Part shown: positions 24,983 to 38,504 of the stretch, one piece after another | Layout of the letters: every line of letters begins with the position of its first letter | How positions within the stretch are numbered: the stretch's first letter is position 1 | From: Oikopleura dioica | Lineage: Eukaryota; Animalia; Chordata | DNA length: 64,000 bases | Direction of reading: 5' to 3' | Assembly: GCA_907165135.1 (NCBI GenBank) | Contig: OU015568.1 | Location: 3,162,001-3,226,000, forward strand | Notes under the pieces: generated by a model | Told to the model about the DNA's origin: nothing | The model's database searches: none | The model's input: only the letters and a program-made list of their open reading frames with translations | Translations under genes and position numbers: made by a program

Positions 24983-27131
24983 ATGAAACTGAAACAACTT
25001 GCTTCCATTATCGGTCTTGGGTCGGCCTGCCCGTAAGTACAGTCGTGTCAACCCTCTTTCTTGAGTTTAGAAAAGAGATGAATATCTACAGCAAGAGTGC
25101 ATAAATCTTTGTGGCGAAGATTACGCGACTTGTGGGGAAAACTGCGATGGAACTGAAACCTGCTTCGTTACAGGCTCCGAAATTCTAGCTTTTCTCATTT
25201 TTGAATGAAAGATTTTGAGCTTGAAGAAAGACTCATGCACTGAAACCTACTCGAGCTGCGTTCGATCTTGTCCTTGCGAGAAAAACTGCCCCGAGGGCTG
25301 TGCCAATTGCGAGAATGAAATTTGCAGGCGGCTCCCCTTCTTCTCTGTTCTCGGCGATCAACCTTTTGCGGATAGGACTCAGTACGTCATGGCTGTTGAT
25401 GGAAGCGAAAGGATGGAAACAAACTTGGTGATTCCAGAGGGAACTGCGCGTCATGATTACTTGAAATAGTAAGAGAGTACGTTTTTCAACTTAACTTTGC
25501 GATCCCATATTTTCTCGCGAAAATTCATTTCGACGGTAACTTGGTTATCTCAAAGCCAGAAAACTAAATGCATTAATATTTTTGTGGTAAAAGCGCAAAT
25601 CTGGCAGCTGATATGTTCTGTATTCGAAATTGCTAGATTGAAATTTGGAAAATTTAGTTCATAGTTAACTTCAATTTGTCAGGATAAAATAAGGGTGTCA
25701 AAAAGACAGTCTATGATTATAAGAGCCTTAGAAAACCTTAAATTATCTTTGAGACTTCTATTTTTGACACCCTTTTTCTTATCTTTTCAAGAATTCCGTT
25801 ATTTTTTTTCTTTTTGAAACTCATAGTTTGAAATTTCTGAGAAGGCAAAAAGGAAAGAAAAACAGTTTGTTCCTTGAATTTTTAACCGAAAACCAAATCT
25901 GTGGTTTTCCAAAATTTTTCTTTCCTAAACTCATCTTGTAAAATATTGATTCTAGCGCTGGCCACGCCATCCTCAATGACAAGCTGTACATTTTCGGCGG
26001 CTCCTCCGATTTCAAAAAGGTAATCGAGCTGAATTTTGTTGAATTTTTCGCTTTGTCATTCGACAAGGTCAAATTCTAAAACTCATTTTTTTTTTTACTT
26101 TTCAAGATTGCGCGGCTAGACGAATGCGAATTCACCGAGCTGCCTATTCAGCTGATAGACCCGTTCGACTCCATTTCCGGCGCGTTGATGAGTTTTATGA
26201 ATAGAGGTCAGCTTTTTTCTGTCAAAAACGTTGTTGATTTTGTAGTTTATCTTTGCTTCTTCTCGTATCCGTATAAAACCTGCCAGGAATTTGACGGAAA
26301 CGACGTGACGGACAGCTATTTGAGAACGAACTTTGAGCACTGCTATGGATCCATGGGGATTTACAACGATTCGATGGTCGTTCTCGGTGCTGGGGACTGG
26401 CCAGGAGAGAAGGTTAGAAGAAAAGTGGAGCAGCTGGAAGTTGGTGGATGGAAAGAAATTGCTGAATTTCCTGTGTAAGTCCTAGAAAAGGGGTTATTCT
26501 CCCTCATTTTGAGCGGATTCTTATTAGTAATTTTCCCAGTTTAGCATCTTTTATGATAGCAATATTCGGTTTATAACTCAATGGAGTATAATTATAAAAA
26601 AAATCAGTAGAAATGATCAAATGTCATCATTATGATTTGTTAGAAAAAATCCGGAGATAACTTGTATCTCTAGAAAATTTATCTTCATTGAAATTCATTA
26701 GTGATATCGCCTATTCATCAACTGTAACTGTTCCAGAAGGCATGCTCGTTCTTGGCGGCTGGAATCCCGGTTGGAATACTCTGGTAACAGAGTTCAATCA
26801 GCCAAGGGACACAAATCCCAATACAGGTAGAATCCTTTTTCTTTCAAATTTCAAGTTTGAACTCATGACAGGCATCTACTACAAGCAAATCTACCTTCTA
26901 AAAGAAAACGTTTGGTCCCTCGTTGGAAATTTAAATGAGCCAAAGTCTGACGCCACTGTCATTCGCCTTGGCGAGTGGATCGTTTCTGTCGCTGGAGACA
27001 GTAACAACAATTTCGTGGAGAGAATCAACTGGGATGGCGAAGCGGTTACGTCGGTGGAAATTATCGGCAGTCACGCGAATACCATCCTTCGTCCGATTGT
27101 CTTCCAGAGCGAAAAGAACTTCTGTGTTTGA
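24983..27131 (+). CDS. Secreted protein: Cys-rich N-terminal module + kelch-like beta-propeller repeats
   Basis: Signal peptide MKLKQLASIIGLGSAC, Cys module (CPCEKNCPEGCANC), kelch-like repeats (LYIFGG, MVVLGAG, MLVLGG, WSLVGNL). Confidence 0.8.
25691..25774. mobile_element. Tiny intronic inverted-repeat element (MITE-like)
   Basis: AAGGGTGTCAAAAA...TTTTTGACACCCTT, 14 bp TIR around ~55 bp. Confidence 0.55.
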
Positions 27132-27849
27132 ATTTTTCTTTTGATCGAAATAAAAAATAACAAGAAAGACAGTTTTGTTAATATTTTTCGACAACAGAAG
27201 ACCTATTTTTGCCGTTATTTTATGAACTGACTTTCTAAAATTCTAAAAAGGCTGGTAGGTGACAGTCAAACTTTTCGAGCTGTCAGTTATTATTATTCAT
27301 AATTGGGAAGAAGTGCGGCTTTTCCTAAAATTATTCAGAAATTGCATCAAATTTGAATTTTTTTGACATTCCAGGCTTTTCATGCCTCTCCTCATTAGAA
27401 CGATCTTCATGAATTTTGGAGGTATGAAGTTGTTGATTTGATTTCAAATTTTACAAAATTGAAAAAGATTTCATGAGCTTAAGGAATAAAAAATTATAAC
27501 AACTATTGATATTTCTTCAGTAAAAAGCAAAAATGAAAAAATCGAGTCTTTTCTTTCTAAAAAGATAATTATTGTTTTTATATAATCAAATTCATTTAAG
27601 AAAAATTCCCAATTGAAATTCCCAATATTTAATGAGAATAAGGCTTCATTTATTAATCGAGAGCGGAATTGATCTCGAAAATTATCATGATAATCATGAT
27701 AGCGCTCTAGCGCCTCGGCGCGCGACGATTTTTGAGCGCGCATGCGCTTTGACACTTTTATAAAAACTTCAAAAGGAAGGAGATATTCTGAAATATCATT
27801 TTTTTCTGGAAAAGAAATAAACAGAGAAAACACTTCAAGGGTCGATAAG

Positions 27850-29767
27850 ATGCTTGGGTTTTTCTTTCTAACCATTTTTGGCGCCAGAGCAAATCAAGGT
27901 AAGAAATATTTTTGAAGAAACAGAATTTCTAGAGATCTGAACATAGATCGATGGTCTTTTTTATTTCGCGTTTTTAAATACAGTGGTGAATCCTCGATTG
28001 GGAAGCGGGAGCTCATATCGCGACTGTACTACTGTGCTAGCAAAAATGAAAACCATAATTTGAAAATTATTTTCTTGTTTCAAGGTTTTTCTTTAAATTT
28101 ATTGATTGAAAAAATTCCATATTTATTGCACGTAATTATATTCAACATATGCTTTTCTGAGCAAACAATATCTAAGAAATTTTTTGAGTTTTGAAAACTC
28201 CCAAATCAGCAAAATGACTGGACATTTAGTTATGTCCGCCCTGTCACTAAAATGAAGCGATTATCAAAGCTTGCAGGGTCCCGCAATATCATTTCGATTT
28301 CCCGCTCATTAGAATTTTCGCTGATTTCATGCATCAGCCGAGCTTATTTCAAAACTCAATAGATTATTGGAAAAAGTGCTGACGGGACAGAAAAATCAAA
28401 ATTTTCCCAATAATCCCAACTCATGTTTTTTCCTCTTTTTTTAATTAGCTGAAACAACTCATTTGAACTTGCCAAAATTTCTTTCTCTTCAGATTGCCGA
28501 GCGAACACTCGCCTGGGGCGAGATGGTGAATTTCCGTTGGTCATGCTGACCTCTATACAAGGCTCTGGAAACACGTGAGTAAACTCCCTTAATTACCTTT
28601 CTCTCAAATGCCCAGATCGATCTTAATTCTAATGTTTCTTAAGCTGGACGCGGCAATTGATGGAATCAGCGACAGGAATCTTCACTGGCTCGATTTACAA
28701 TGAAACCCGAATTTATGAAGAAAACGGCTTCATTGGGGAAATTCAACCGATGCTTTCAGGAAGGACGATTGGAAACAAGAATCATGGCTTGCGACATTTA
28801 GCTCAGGCGGGCGCCAATATTCTGGTTATCAGGAAAAGAGGATAAATTTGAAAATCAAGCGACTACTATGTTATTACGAATGTTATTAGTGTTATGAAGT
28901 ACAAAAAACTAAAGAAGATTACAGTATTATCAACTGAAACGTAAAATAAAAAATATTTGTTAGAAGTACTCAATATAATTATATTGTTTCTTATTTTATC
29001 TATCTAGAAAGAAAGGAGCGAGGAAGAACTAACCCTAACTAAACAAGTAGTTTAACAACTACAGGTAGTTTAGCGTAGAGAAACTCTAGATTCTTCCCTT
29101 TAATTCGATGATAAAACCTCTTATCAGAAACCCATACAACACGTTGAAAGCCGAATTTAACCGAAAACACACAATACCAGAAGAAACGGGAGGAAAAGGA
29201 CTTGGTCACGTTGGCCACGCTGATCCTTCAGGTAAATCAACTACTCAAAACCCTTTCCCAATTTCACGCGATTTCTAGCGTTCAACACGACCGACTGGGA
29301 TGCATTTGTAGATAAGATGTCGAATCGATGGTTCAGGCACTACCATCGATACATCACGGAATCCGACAATCTTGGCATTCCGTTGAAAATTATTTACTAC
29401 GAAAATCTTCAAGCTGATAGTGTTTCAGAAATGAAGAGTTTGTTGGAATTTTTAGAGGGAGCGATTGGATTTCAACCGGATCGAAAGAGCCAAAGACTTC
29501 ACTGCATTTCAATGGTAGATACTCTTAAATTCCTATTTTGGCATTGTTGCTTTCTTCCTTGATTTCAACCAAATTTAGGCGCAAATGGATGCTTTCAAGC
29601 GAGTGAAGAAACCTCTCGGCTGGGAAATCTACACACCGAATATGACGAGAAGCATCAACAAACTCATCAAGAATCTTTCCGACACCATTGACGCCTACAA
29701 CTACCCACCAATGCCAGACTACACCAAAATCCTTCCCTCTCTTATCGAGCCATCTTCCGAAAAATGA
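27850..29767 (+). CDS. WSCD: WSCD1/2-like sulfotransferase-family protein (no WSC domain seen)
   Basis: [28 protein letters not shown] (5'-PSB loop), ILVIRNPYNTLKAEFNRK across a GA-AG intron, IIYYENL; N-terminal hydrophobic anchor MLGFFFLTIFGARA. Confidence 0.85.
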
Positions 29768-30099
29768 ACAAAATGACATTTTCTTGGCTCCTGTACAAAC
29801 TTGTTCGTAAATAAATATACTGTCCTATATCGAGTCTTCCACGACATTTACTGTAATTTGATCTTTTTTAAAACAAGCCGGTTTGTAGAACGATTTTTAT
29901 CCGCACTCAGCCTTCTGCTCAATATCGAAGCTGTCGTTTACTGGTTTTAATTGATCCATATTCAATTATTTATACAGGCAACTCTCCGACTGAAAAAAAC
30001 TTCTTTCAGTATACTCTCAAAGATGCGGATACCAATCATTTTTATTCTTCAATTTTTCTCGGCCAAGAGTTTCTCGACTCAAGAACATGAAAAACGTAA

Positions 30100-30945
30100 A
30101 AAAGACTCAAAACTTAATTTTTTCATCATCTTTTTCAAGCAATTTCATTGGGAAGCCTGCTTGGGAATAATTATTGGACGAAGAGAGGAAACATGTATAA
30201 CAATATACTCCGGCCAACGAGGAAAGTTTGAGACTTTTAAGAAAATTCTTGAAAAAAATCATGTTGAAAACTAGTAACAAAAGTCTTTGGCGCAATATGT
30301 ACAAGAAGAACTACTGGAAAACTGACCATTAATCGTTTTAAAGGTCTTTCAAAGGGGGCCGATATTGTTGATCTTGATGTTACTTGCCGGTTTAACTCAG
30401 CGATACCCTTAATACTATTAGAAATGGATCAAATACACTTCAAATTTCGATTTTTTTGCCTTTTTACCAAAATTTCCAGCGAAAAAATGTCCTTATCTTG
30501 TCTAAGGGCAAAGGATGCTATAAAGAATAAGGGTATCACTAGGCTAAAATTTGTAAAAAGGAATCCTGAAATCAAGTTTTCTCGATATCTCACCCCTTTC
30601 AGTAAGAAACTTAGTAATAAACTCTCAGATGCAGTCGAAAACGTTTATTGAACTCTTTATTCTAACTACAGTCTTTCGGAAAATACTTCTAGAGCTCGAC
30701 ATTGAGATCGGGAAAGTCCATTTGTTCCTAAAATCATCTTGATACTCGCGATGATTGACAACTACCTTGTATTCAGCACAGATTCGGTTTTCTTCTTCCA
30801 GCTCAAAGTACATGAACACGAGGGATCCAAAGACAAGCAGGATCAGATACAGTGTGAAAACCACTGTATTGACCATCTTATCTCGATTATCAATAGACAG
30901 GATAAATTCATATGGAAGAAAATTTATTGATTTAACCGAGACCAT
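30100..30945 (-). pseudogene. Possible decayed two-pore-domain K+ channel-like sequence
   Basis: K2P-like M1/cap LYLILLVFGSLVFMYFELEEENRIC and M2-like FSLVIPLFF; no GYG/GFG filter found and an in-frame TGA where the pore helix is expected. Confidence 0.3.
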
Positions 30946-31412
30946 AGCGGCAATTTGACTCTCTTACACGGGATCATCTCAATAAATGAATGTTCGACTG
31001 AATAAATTGACAAAAAAAGTCAAGGTATTTAAAATTCAATTGTTACAGAAATAAAATGAAGTGTAAGAATAAATAATGACTGGAGAGAAGTTTTTTTTTC
31101 GAAAGAACTTCGGCCATATTCTGATATTCTTTAAAATTTCATCTGATTTGAAAAACGCTTGTAAACCGCAAATTCACTATCTGCAATGCCAAATGCTGAA
31201 TTTGACTTTCCCTGGACATATAAAATAACGTGTCGTGTCAATTTCTATCTTTCAGTCGGTGATTGAGAAAAGTAAGCCTAGAGAAATAATATATACAGTT
31301 CGTATTTACTCTTCTCATATAGAATGAGCCAGTTAATTAAGAAGAGAATCCCATATGACTCATATAATATGAGTCCTGAAAAGAAGTATTAATTATATTT
31401 TTAAGAATTTCA

Positions 31413-32462
31413 ATGCTATTTCTATCGATTTTTCTACTCAAATTTGTGAGCAGCTACAGTGAAAACTGTCGTTCTCTTGGTGCAAGTCGCTGGACAAAAA
31501 CGCTGGTGGGCGCATGGGGCGGCAGTGAAGAAATCGAGCTTGGCATCATTTTCGATAATGGCACTACCGATGATTTCTTTCTGAACAAAGAAACATACTT
31601 GCTTGTCAATTTTTCTGTTTCTGTCGATCAGTTAACTATCAGCCCTTATTATCCGGTAAATCAGATTTGCTTGGGAAACAATTACGGCTCCAAAAATGGC
31701 TGTAACGACTGTAGCTGTAGTACATGCAACTGCGGATATGGATTTACTGAGCCAAAGGTCCTCTACTTAGAAATAGAAGATTCGGAATATGGCCAGCCAT
31801 TTGCACTTTTTGACTTCATTTTTGGCAACAAGTTCGTGAGCTGGAATTATATTGACAAAATCACTGATGTGATGATATGCCAAAATTCCCCCTCTAGAAA
31901 ATGCAATGTTTGCTCAGGAGCTGGGTCAACTAGTGCAGCAACTTATAATGCTTGCATGAGTTCAAGAGCGAATGGCGATTTAACCACATGTAAAGGTAAA
32001 GCATGAATAGTCTTCTTTTTTGTTTAATTATCATTATAAAGAGGATGATATGTGCGGAGTTGAAGTAAGGATGGAAAGGGGCCAAGTAACTGAAATGAAT
32101 ATCCGATGCATGGAAGAATATCAATGCTTGAAAAACATGAAGTAAGAGAAAACTACTGGTATTGAGAAACATGAAATTAATTACATGTAATAGTCAAAAC
32201 TTTCTGGGTCCGCTTTGGCGAACATCTTGCAGACCCGAACAAGCGCTTCAATCTGGAAGAAATGGGCAATCCATTTGTAAAGGCTGTTTGAAACCATGTG
32301 GAACCAGTCAAACCTGTTTTGATCCTACCCAAGGTGCGTTATTGAATCGAAAACCGTACTTTTATCATTTTAGGTTTTGCTCGAGCTGCTGGGGGAATTT
32401 TCACTTTGGACTCGCTGACGAGAGAGGACTGGACTCGTGGATTGTCAGTGATACAAGTTTGA
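31413..32462 (+). CDS. Secreted Cys-rich protein of unknown function (house-protein candidate)
   Basis: Signal peptide MLFLSIFLLKFVSS; Cys clusters; in-frame GT-AG micro-introns; C-terminal Ly6-like Cys spacing (CNVC...CKG..DMCGVEVR...C...C...CKGC). Confidence 0.7.
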
Positions 32463-32521
32463 TCGCTAATGATTATTGAATGCTTTTCAAACTTCCGTTA
32501 TTAATAAACATGAATCTTTTT

Positions 32522-34504
32522 TTATTGAATATATTTTGCCGCAAGTGATTTTTTGTCAATTTTTCCATTAACCAGCACTTCAAACGGTTCACGGACAAAA
32601 ATGACCGTTGGTTGCTCTTTGGTAAGAAGGAGAATATCATTCTTGACATGCTCTTTGACTTTCTCATCGTCAGTTTCATCGCAGTAGACCAGATAGTAGA
32701 TGTCGTCATAAGCGTTGTTGTTCCGTTTTGAAAGTACAACGACGGATTTGACGAATTCGCCTGCTTTGTACATTCTGAAGAGATAACATTGTTGTCCTCA
32801 AAATCATAAGTAAAAACTGACCGATCTTCAAGCTCAAGAGCGTTTGATTTCTTAGTGTTGACGAGTGTTATTTGGTCCGACAGACGGCCAAGGACGACCA
32901 CCCGATTTTCTTCTATGAACAATTTTCAATTAAATAGAAGTCATGTGACCCTACCAGTAAGATATCCTTCATCTCCCATCGCGTACCATTCTCCCTGATT
33001 CGGCTAAAAAAGAATTGAAATCATGCACACTCTGATACGACTTACAAAGCCGAGATATCCAATCATCAAGTCCGGAGATTTTACAAAAATCTGCCCAACT
33101 TCCCCAGGAGGAAGAACCTTCCCGTCCGAATCGCGAACCTCGCATTGATAACCTTTATTGCTACAGAAAATCCCATCGGTTTTTTCCGCGAATTCATCGG
33201 TTTCTAAGAGTCCAGTTCTAGAATTTCTTGAAAGAAGAGATCAAAAAAGAAAGTAAACCGGAAAAGTTGTGATCCCATTTCAGTCGACCCATAAATCTTC
33301 AAAACATGACATTTTCGGCCATTCTGGGCCGCGGCGAAATTCGCCGTGATTCTGCGCATATGTTCCGCTGTCATTTTCGCCCCACCCGCGATGAAAAGAG
33401 AGACAGAAGGAAGCGCAATTTCTTTCAATTCCTGAGACTCCGAAATTCGTATTATTTTCGGCGTGTATCCCCAAACTCCTCCGCATTTTTCAGCGGCAAT
33501 AGCGGCGAGGGAAGATTTGAGATCATTTTGATCGCAGAGGAGAAGATTTCTTCGTAAATGAGGGCCTTCCATCAGCAGGCCAAGGAAGAGAACCATGATG
33601 TGGCCGACGAAATTGACAAAAGCAGCGACGTTGTTGATGTGAGCCATGATGTTGGGAAGATCAGCGCCGAATTTTTCAGCGAGCTTTGGCACATCCTCTG
33701 GCCCCTGATAGGAACGATCGATATAGTTTCAGTTATGATGGTGCCTTTTAATACCTTTGGGTTTGTTGCCCATTTTAAGCTAGCATAGTTGGTCGAATTC
33801 CTCACTTTGATAATCTTCGGAACACCAGTGCTTCCCGAAGTCGTTGTATAAAAACCAATGTCCTTGAAAGAAATATTCTCATCGATAAATTTTTCAATTT
33901 TGTTTTTCGCTTCTTCGTCAGATTCAGATTCAGCTTCAAATTTGGTGATTTTCTTCTCAGAAATGAGTTTGAACTCGCTTGCACCGAAGCAGATGACGTC
34001 GTTGACACCGTGGTTGAGGACGATGTCGGATCGGAGGGAGGTTTCGTCGAGGAAGATAACTGATGCTTTGATTCGTTCGATGAAACAGAAGCGGTCAGGC
34101 TCCGCGGAGTCCAGAACGATCATTCGGTTTTTCGTCATCTTTCAGGGCTTTTTCTGCGATGATTTCGAAAGAGAAATTATCAAGGCATCAATAAGATTAA
34201 GAAAAAGCCCTGACAGCATGGCCAGAACAAGCGCGGTGGATGTTATTGTGAAGCCACCGACCACGGCGACTTCACGGTCCACGATTCCATTTTCGATGAG
34301 ATAGGCGGCTATTTTTGTTGCTTCTCTTACAAAGTATTTTCTTCAAATCATCATAAAAACAACCTACCTATCGACATCGGCAATATTATGCTGAAAATGC
34401 TGGCCTCGGAAAACGAAGCTAATTTTCTGCGCTAGGAAGCTTTCGTCGTTTGAGTTCTCCAGAAAGGCTTTTCCCAACGGTTTTCTTGGATCGTTCTCTG
34501 TCAT
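32522..34504 (-). CDS. Adenylate-forming enzyme (acyl-CoA synthetase / 4CL / luciferase-like superfamily)
   Basis: A3 TTTSGSTGVPK, A5 IYGSTE, A6 GEVGQIFVKSPDLMIGY, A7 WYAMGDEGY, A8 GRLSDQI, A10 NGKIDK; no PTS1 (ends KYIQ*). Confidence 0.92.
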
Positions 34505-34988
34505 GTTTCTTTTTTCACGCGAAAAAAGTCGTTTTCTGGAGAAAATTGGAGATTCCAACGCCGAAAAAATGCAAACGAGATGATCTCTGGCGCCAAATTT
34601 AAATTTTATTTGTTATTTTAATTCTCGCGTCGCTGTTTTTTCGATTTGAATACGACTTGTCTCATTGGGGGACCTTTTCAGACTCAAGATAAAGAGGAGA
34701 TTTAGCCGTGGCTGCCACTGGCCAAATCGAATCGATAGTGGGCTGAAAGTGCTGACGGCTGCCCGCAAATATTAGCTTGAATTTGGGGGTTTCTTTTGCT
34801 GATTTCCAAAAGAAACCCTTTACTAAGATTTTGAGCATATTCATTCGTCTTCTTTTTTGACTTAAAAAGAATTTTCCATGAGATTGGCTATTTATTGCTT
34901 TTGGAAAAATGATCATCTCGCCCGGGCTAAATTTAATGATCAAAACAATCGTGCGCCGTAATTTTTGGAAACCAGATAAATCGTCAAT

Positions 34989-36647
34989 ATGAGCGAGTTC
35001 GAGATTCGAAGGGTTGAAGCGCGTGATCTCAAAAGGTTCAAAACAATCATTATCATAACTTGTTTAGAGAAGGCTTCATTCTATTATAGATATAAAGAAC
35101 TATGCGATGGAGAAGCTTGGAACATAGGAATGGATATTTTCGAGAAGATGCTGGAAAGTACTCCAAATGGGTATGTTTGATTCATCAAATTTTAACACCA
35201 TGAAATTCAAATTGAATTATTCAATTATTAATCCCTTTAGTAAAATAATCGTTATTGAACATATGTATTCATTCTTGACGAAAAATAATCGTCAATCCGT
35301 TTTAAGTTAAAACTTTTAACCCTCAGCTTTTCCTCTTGATTTTCAGTAAAAATTCGAGAATTTAATTTGAGACGATCTCTTTTTCAGATTCTGGTGCGCC
35401 GAGGAATTGTCGTCAAAGCACTTGGTAGATAGACCGCCCACTAATTGAGAGATTTTAACCGTCGAACTCATTAAGATATCGTTTTGTGGTGCAGTAGATA
35501 TCGGAAATAAAAAAGCTATTATCAGTACATTTGTCACTGATCCGAAAAGGCGTGGAAAGGGGATCGGTTCCAAGGTGCTGAAGAAGATTATGGAGGTGTT
35601 TGAGGTTAGATCAACCACGGTAAACCGCGGTTTAATCTATTTAACCTGTATTTGAAGGGATATGAAATGATTGTCAATGCTGCTGATGGTCGTGAACCAC
35701 TTTATGCTCGTTTTGGCATGCCGCATTGGATGTATCAAGGTAACAGTTTCAGGGGACACATTTCGTTATGAAAAAAATTCTTGAAGTTCTTCAAATAATC
35801 TGCGAGCCCAAGGAAATACGGAAGAGCAATGCGTCGTCCATTATCGTCTCTGAGCTGGGAAATATCGAGGAAATATTAGATTATGATCGCGCCGTAGCAA
35901 AAGAAGACAGACGGAATAGTCTTCCATGGTTTCACGAAACCTCCTTATCATCACTTGTAGCTCGGGAAAATTGTCGGTAGGAGTAAAGAAAATCCAAGGA
36001 AAGAAAATTGGGCGATCATTTTTAGGGTATGCGTTTTTACGAAAAGTCGAGTTTGGAATCAGCTTTCAGGAAAATCATCAAATAATTTGAGGGTTGAAAA
36101 AAGCAATCGCGAGAAAACTGAGCTTTCTGAGTCAGAGTGTATTCAGAGCACAAAATGACACGAAAACTGTCAAGATCGAATAAATTAGCGGGTTCGATAA
36201 CCAGCGAATTTATTCTCTTTGAGAATGCTCCGATAAACCTGTGGTCGGCGAAATTAATGATTAAAAATAAATAGCCTTTCTATGCTCAGAATCGAGAAGC
36301 TTACCTAGCGATCTTGGAAAGGAGCCTGGAGATGTTTCCAAAAGAAAAAGCTCAGGAAATGTTCTAGAAATCAGAAGACTGGATGAAAAAATTGTTTTGG
36401 GAATTCAAAAAAGCAAAAAAAAAATATTCTTCTTCAATATTGAAAAAAGTTCATCGTCCCTCGAAACAACACTGAAATCATAGAAGATCTTTCCCTCTAC
36501 TACAAATTTTTTAACTACGGCCCTGAAATCAAGGACTTTGGTGGTTTCATGAATCCAGTTAATACATGGATGAGTTCAAAAAAAGACTTCGAGTTTGAGG
36601 AGAAGAAGATTTTGTCTATTCTTGACTACCACTTTTCAACTGTTTAA
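34989..36647 (+). CDS. GNAT N-acyltransferase (probably tandem GNAT folds)
   Basis: Motif A ISTFVTDPKRRGKGIGSKVL and motif B EPLYARFG after splicing; ends ILDYHFSTV*. Confidence 0.85.
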
Positions 36648-37204
36648 AATAAAACATGAGTTGGCCATTCATTTTTCACGGGTTGATGATTCAGTTTGAA
36701 GCCTGAGACAGCAGAGAAGGGTTACAGAAGAACACCTGATCTAGTCATCTAGATGGCGCTTTTTCGTTTTCGGATATTTAATCAAACTTATCGGGTGTCC
36801 ATTACAAACGAACTCTCACCTTTTCTTCTTAAGAATGAACCTTCTGCTTCTCTTTTTTCCCTTTATCTTTGGACAAAATACTTGTCCGCCGGAAATGACG
36901 AATAAAAACGAATGCTCGAAAATCGCGAAAATCAGCGGAAAGAGATTACTTTTTGAAGACGAAAAAAAATTCTTCCTAAAATGCTGCTACAAATCAAACA
37001 ATTCAAGATAACGAAGCTGGCAAGAACACTCGTTTTTATCTTTGTTTCATGCTGCTTTAAAATCTTCCTGCAAAGTAAAATCATACATGTCTTTTTCAAA
37101 GATTTAATTTTCGATTTATTTGATCAAAGATTACAGTTTTTATTCAAAAACGAAAATCAAGAAGAATCAAAATCAATCTAAATCGCGTTCATGTTCTTTA
37201 GAGA

Positions 37205-38030
37205 TCAGTAGAGTCTAATAACTTTATTCATGTTGAATGACTTCCTGCAGCTCGGACAGTTCTTCGGATTGACTGAATCGAGACAGGAAAAACAAAAAGT
37301 GTGGCCGCAGGATGTGATGCAAGAAAGATGGTGCTGATTTTTGTCGAAGAGGGAGAAGCAGACCTTGCAGCAATTTTCGTCCGCTTGCTCTTAAAAAGAT
37401 TGATGAATTATTTTTTTTTATAAATAAGCTTTCACCTGGTCTCTCCATCATTCGATTTTCTTTTTCCGTAATTGATTTCAGTCTCTTCTCTAAGTCGTTT
37501 ATATCACATCTAAGCTGTTCGTTTTCTTGAAGAAGATTCTGAATCTTTGAAGAGTTCTCGTTTATTTTCTTTTGAGTGTTATCGAGTTTGTCGGCGATCG
37601 TTTTCTTCTCGATGAAGATTTTCTCGAGTTCGTTCCTCATTGATTGCAGCATATTTTTTCGGGAGTTGAGATCTTTTTGAATGTCAACTCGAAGACGGAC
37701 TTGTAGAGATGGTTTTGAAAGTGAATTTCTCAAAATCTGTCGTAAATGATCTGTTGCGAAACGAGGTCGGCCAGAAGAAGAGAATTTACATCTTTGAAAA
37801 TGCTCAAAAAACTCGTTGAATGTGAGAGAAGCACTGCGTTCCAAGTAGAAGCATTTAAAGCGAATTTTGCAAAAGGTGAGAAGATAATATTTATGATGAT
37901 TATGGGATTTACATCTGCAATTCGGTTTATGAGTAAAATTCTGTGAAGAACAATCCATACAAAATGTTTTGTTGCCATCATCAAAACTGCCACAATCAAA
38001 AAGATAAGATTTTTCCGGAACAATACTTAA
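37205..38030 (-). CDS. Coiled-coil protein with C-terminal C3HC4 RING finger (5' end unresolved)
   Basis: Spliced terminal exon CCKVCFSLFDKNQHHLSCITSCGHTFCFSCLDSVNPKNCPSCRKSF; central coiled coil; N-terminal Cys/His-rich segment. Confidence 0.85.
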
Positions 38031-38504
38031 ATATAAATCAATTAATATTCATAATTTTTTAAGATGATCACTTACGAGCATATTCTGCATTTGCTCACGT
38101 GTGTTTATTCGTCCTCGAAGACGCTTCAACAAACTGTTGTCAAAGTAATATTTTCCGTTGTTCAAATACTTTGCCGGAATCTCTCGTTTTTCAACACAAA
38201 TTTGACCCTCTTTTCACGACATCTCGAACGCAAAAAAAAACGATTGAAATGGAGATCAAAAGAGGGAAAGCAAAAAATTTTTATATCGTGTTATATTTAC
38301 AGAAGGAAAGTCGCTAAAGCGAATTCAATTTTCAGACAATTCGATAAGTTATCATTCTGTAGCTATAATTCTGTCATACTACGCGCAATACTGACAAGAA
38401 ATATACCAAGAAGCAGATCAAGCTCAAGTCTTCCTCTGAGGACGGTGATCACGAAGCCGGGGAGCGAAACGATGAGAGAGGAGAATAAGTTAGGTCATAC
38501 GTGG

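Noticed and set aside
27471-27875. 134-aa minus ORF with F-box-like LPFEVFIKV
   Set aside because: Overlaps the WSCD promoter and first exon; similarity too short to support
29020-29035. Telomere-like CTAACCCTAAC (also GTTAGGGTT near 15255)
   Set aside because: At most one full unit; expected by chance
32522-34504. Luciferase call for the adenylate-forming enzyme
   Set aside because: Superfamily motifs do not indicate light emission, there is no PTS1, and appendicularian luminescence is reported as coelenterazine-type
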